A DNA stretch of 64,000 bases. It comes from Hemiscyllium ocellatum. Its lineage: Eukaryota. The stretch spans positions 87,778,328 through 87,842,327 of the forward strand of contig NC_083411.1 in NCBI RefSeq assembly GCF_020745735.1, in the 5' to 3' direction. Positions 60,401-64,000 of the stretch are shown here, in pieces; the stretch's first letter is position 1, and every line of letters begins with the position of its first letter. The notes under the pieces are model-generated. The model had not been told where the DNA came from. It worked only from the letters and a program-made list of their open reading frames with translations, and made no database searches. Position numbers and translations under genes: made by a program.

Positions 60401-62239
60401 ACCTATTCTAAATAATGTTGATTCAGAGATAACTGGTGCATGGTACCAGAATCGCTTCCTTGACTTTTTTTTAAACAAAGTGCCACAAAGTCTCTCATGT
60501 TAAGGTGAGAGTGCAGACTGGCTCTAAAAGACAGCAACCTTGGAGCTTGACTGAATATGGCTGGATTGTTAGCGTTTGCTGTCACTACTCCGCTGAAATT
60601 GATATCAACCTCCCAAGATTACAGATGTATAGCAAACCTGTAAGTCTGGAGATTCAATTCATTGTGAGTGGTTCTATGCTAACCCTGAGAGTGGGCTACT
60701 GAAGGCAGTTAGATACCACTGAACTATCTTGAAATTCTGCTGTATATTCTTAGACTCCTGAATGCCCCAATTCTAATAAATTCTACCTTTTAAACATGTT
60801 TTATTAGCTTGTTTTTGACTTTATTTTAATCTCGTCTCCATGTCCAATCTATCACAATTTTTCTATTTTAATGTATGTAAAAATTTTAAAAGCAAAGATA
60901 TTTTTAATTTCCTGGTTTGCAGATTGTGGGAATACTTGGCTATTTGTCCTGTTTTCTGACATCGCTGGTGCTAGGATGCTTGGAGATTCCTATGATATGA
61001 TGCAAAATTCAAGCTAACCTCGGGCAAGAGAATGTCTGTGCCATGTAAGTTGCTAGATCTGCTCGGATAATTTTTTTCAAGGTCAGAAAACATAACTAAA
61101 GAACAAAAAGGAACAAAGAACTAGGAGGACCTCAAAAATAAAAACACAAATTGCTGGAAAATCTTAGCACATCTGGCAGCATCTGTGGATAGAAAGCAGA
61201 GTTAATGTTTTGATTCAGTGATCCTTCTTCAGGATTACCACTGCTTCACTGTTGGCTGCAAAATCCAGCTCAGTTTGTTACTAGAGAATCCCACTGGATT
61301 TGATCTTAAATCACCAAAAGCCATTCACAAAAACAAAGTCAAGATTAGGCCCAGATTATCATTTGACTGAGCTTCTTCATTTGCTATTAGTAGGACCTTG
61401 CTATGTACAAATTGGCTGCTACATTTTCCAAAGCACAACGTTTTTGTATTTAAAAAGCTGCTTTTAAAGTATTAACACGCCATAATAAAATCCGTTCTGC
61501 AAATTCATTCATTAGCTTTCTTTAAGAGATGGAAGAAAGTTATAAACTTTGAATATTTTTAATTACCAGTTGAATGCAGCAATAAAAGATGCAAGGTATT
61601 AATGTTTAAAATTTCAATGTCCTTGAATGTTTTTCATTACACCATCATTTGATCTGTTTTAGTCATCTTTGAGCTTATTATGTATCATCAGCTGTCTTAA
61701 ATCACAATAAGCATTGGTAGAGGTTACCATGGCATCTTGCTATTGTAGGGTATGCAAATAATTCCCTCTGACCAAAAGAATAAAATATTTTATAATTGCT
61801 AATTCCTTGTACCCAGCAAAATAGAATAATCCTGGCAAGTTAAAATGGTACAGTTGTTATGTATGGTTGAAACAGTGTCATTAGCATACAGCTATTATAA
61901 GCTCTCAACAATGTAATTTTTGAGATATATGCTGATTCTTGCTATTAACATGTAAATCTGCTAGGTCTATATTTCTATACAGAGCAATTAGATAGCTCTG
62001 CTTACATTAATTTGCACAACAATGAACTCTCAAGTATTTTAGCAAGTTGTTTCATTAACAGCTACAAGAAAGGTAATTTCATGTTTTTTTGTACCATTTT
62101 AGCCTTACTTTTACAATTCATGCTCATACACACTTACATTTGATTCTCATCTTTGATTCTTCACATGAAATAATAAATAAGTAATCCATAACAACCTTGT
62201 CAATGGTCCCTCCTCTTGAGCAAGCAGGAGACATCACAC

Positions 62240-62429
62240 ATACACAGATAAAAGAGGTACGCCTGTGTCGGTCAGTTTAACAGATGAAGAGATGCAGCCT
62301 AGACTGTACAACTTGATTTAGTTACAGCCTAGAACCAAACACAACAGATTGTATAAAGGTAAAAGAAATAATCAAATAGCCATATTCAGGAGCATCTGCA
62401 CAAAAGGCAGGTGAAAACTGACGGTGAAA
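62240..62429 (+). promoter_or_regulatory. TATA-containing promoter and 5'UTR of the MAO-like gene
   Basis: TATAAA at 62352 about 75 nt upstream of the ATG; AGATAA (GATA) at about 62246. Confidence 0.45.
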
Positions 62430-62478
62430 ATGTCCAGTGGAAAACAAGATGTGGTCATCATTGGAGGGGGCTTGTCGG
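62430..62478 (+). CDS. Flavin-containing monoamine oxidase-like gene, first coding exon (gene continues beyond the window)
   Basis: aaaATG...: MSSGKQDVVIIGGGLS(G)|gtgagt. FAD-binding GxGxxG motif with a phase-1 intron at the position recalled for MAOB exon 1 (MSNKCDVVVVGGGISG). TATAAA at 62352-62357. Confidence 0.75.
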
Positions 62479-63099
62479 GTGAGTGTTTTCTAATTCTACC
62501 TTTCAGTTGTGTCTTTCCCCCAAGTTGTCAGCACAATGTACGATTCCAGCTCTAAATACAAAGGAAAAGCAGCTAATGCTTTCTGAATGAATGCATTATG
62601 CCCGAGGATAATAATTTAGGAAGCAATAAAGTGGATTTCGGTCATCCTACATTTGTAGATAATGGAGTTTAACATATATGAAAATGTGTGAAAATGTATG
62701 ATACTGTAGAATTTAATCATGATTTCTGAAAAAAATATTTTCTTCCAAATTATTTGAATAACATTTAAAAGGAAAATGCTTTGATTTTTAAGTACTTTAG
62801 TTCTTATTTAGAATACAGACTTCATATATGTGGGAGCTACACATACCATTGTATTGATCTATGCATTACAAGAAGACAATTATCTGCAGTGTTCTGTTCG
62901 AAGCAGAACTACAAACAATTGGTGTGCTATCAGAACATGTTACAGCAAGCACACATTCTATACAGATGTTTTATTTATTGTCTTCCCAATTATGATGTGT
63001 ATTTTCACAAAATCTATGGATCTTCAGACTAATCCCTTCTGTACTCCATTCCCAGCAAGGCAACCTTTTCTCACTGTTCAAGCATACAGTTACTTTATT

Positions 63100-63825
63100 A
63101 GATTGAGTGTTGCAAGTCACTGTTCTTGGTCCCCATTCCAAACACCATCCTCTTGCTGACAACAGTTTAAGATCAAACAAATATCTTTGCTACCTTGGTA
63201 CCATATTTGACCCTGAGATAAGTTTCCAACCAAACTGCCATGCTATCATTAAGGAAGCGTATTTCCCCCCCCACCCTGCCCCCAGTCACCAAATCTCACC
63301 CCTGTCTCATCTCATCTCATCTAATGCTGAAAACCTCAACTGTACCTCCGTTATATCTCGCTTGATAATTTCAGTGCACTGCTGCCTGATTATAGTCATC
63401 CAGATTCTGTTATGTACATCTTGTAGCAAATCCTTGTGACAGCTCACTGGCCTCTACTGGATCCTGATCAAGTCATGTCTTGATTTTAAAATATTCATCT
63501 TTGCTTTCAAATTCTTCCATGAATCCTAGCCCCAATTGTCAGCAGCATAGCTATTCAAGATATCTGTTCCAATAGCTATTCTAATTCTGACCTCTTGTGC
63601 ATCCGTGATATGAACATCTCATTATTGGTGGCTGAGTCTTCAATTGGCTATCTCCCTTTCCTTTAAGACACTATTTAAATCCTCCTGCTTCAACCAAGCT
63701 TTTGTTCATCTGATATCTATCATCTTCCTATGTGGTTCAATGTAATATTTTGAAGTTCAAAGCTTATGGGATGTGTCGTTGTGTATTTTATTACATTAAA
63801 AGGCTGCTTATAAATAAAAGATTGT
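63100..63825 (+). mobile_element. Decayed L2-like LINE 3' end
   Basis: LGTIFDPEISFQP..AYF..ENL..SVISRL; tail aaaggctgcttataaataaaagattgtt; a similar fragment lies at about 14600-15010. Confidence 0.6.
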
Positions 63826-64000
63826 TCTTTTTAGGTTAGAATTTGGCTCCAGATTACAGTCTCTTGTATGAAAGAAAAATGTCAAGAAAATATTGTGGAA
63901 ATGAAGTGAACTTCAGGAGGACTTCAGGAGACTCTAGTCTGCTTCATGAAGATTTAAACAGCTTGTAGAAAATGTAAACATTTCTATTGAATCATTATGG

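Noticed and set aside
1-64000. CRISPR array or prokaryotic system
   Set aside because: Eukaryotic intron-exon DNA; the recurrent palindromes are dispersed PLE ends with TSDs, not repeat-spacer arrays

Overview
Vertebrate genomic DNA, almost certainly from a cartilaginous fish (inferred from HE1/V-SINEs, SacSINE1-like DeuSINEs, abundant CR1 LINEs and shark-type Penelope-like elements). The ORF track misses the real genes because they are spliced. Manual exon assembly gives three complete genes in the order of human Xq28: FUNDC2 (+, 5 exons, 151 aa), CMC4 (-, 2 coding exons, 68 aa) and BRCC3 (+, 8 exons, 261 aa, with a U12-type AT-AC intron). These are followed by the first coding exon of a monoamine-oxidase-like gene (+), where mammals have VBP1. 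That gene is a candidate retained ohnologue of the MAOA/MAOB-FUNDC1 block. Much of the rest is transposon-derived. The most distinctive structural signal is a set of Penelope-like element (PLE) families that each carry a minimal type-I hammerhead ribozyme. One family has a compensatory U3-A8 core variant. Many copies are fold-back insertions with 10-16 bp TSDs, and a 1.27-kb PLE palindrome sits inside a piggyBac that sits inside a DeuSINE. There is a 139-N assembly gap in the CMC4 intron. All calls come from reading by eye and from recalled homologues; no searches were run.
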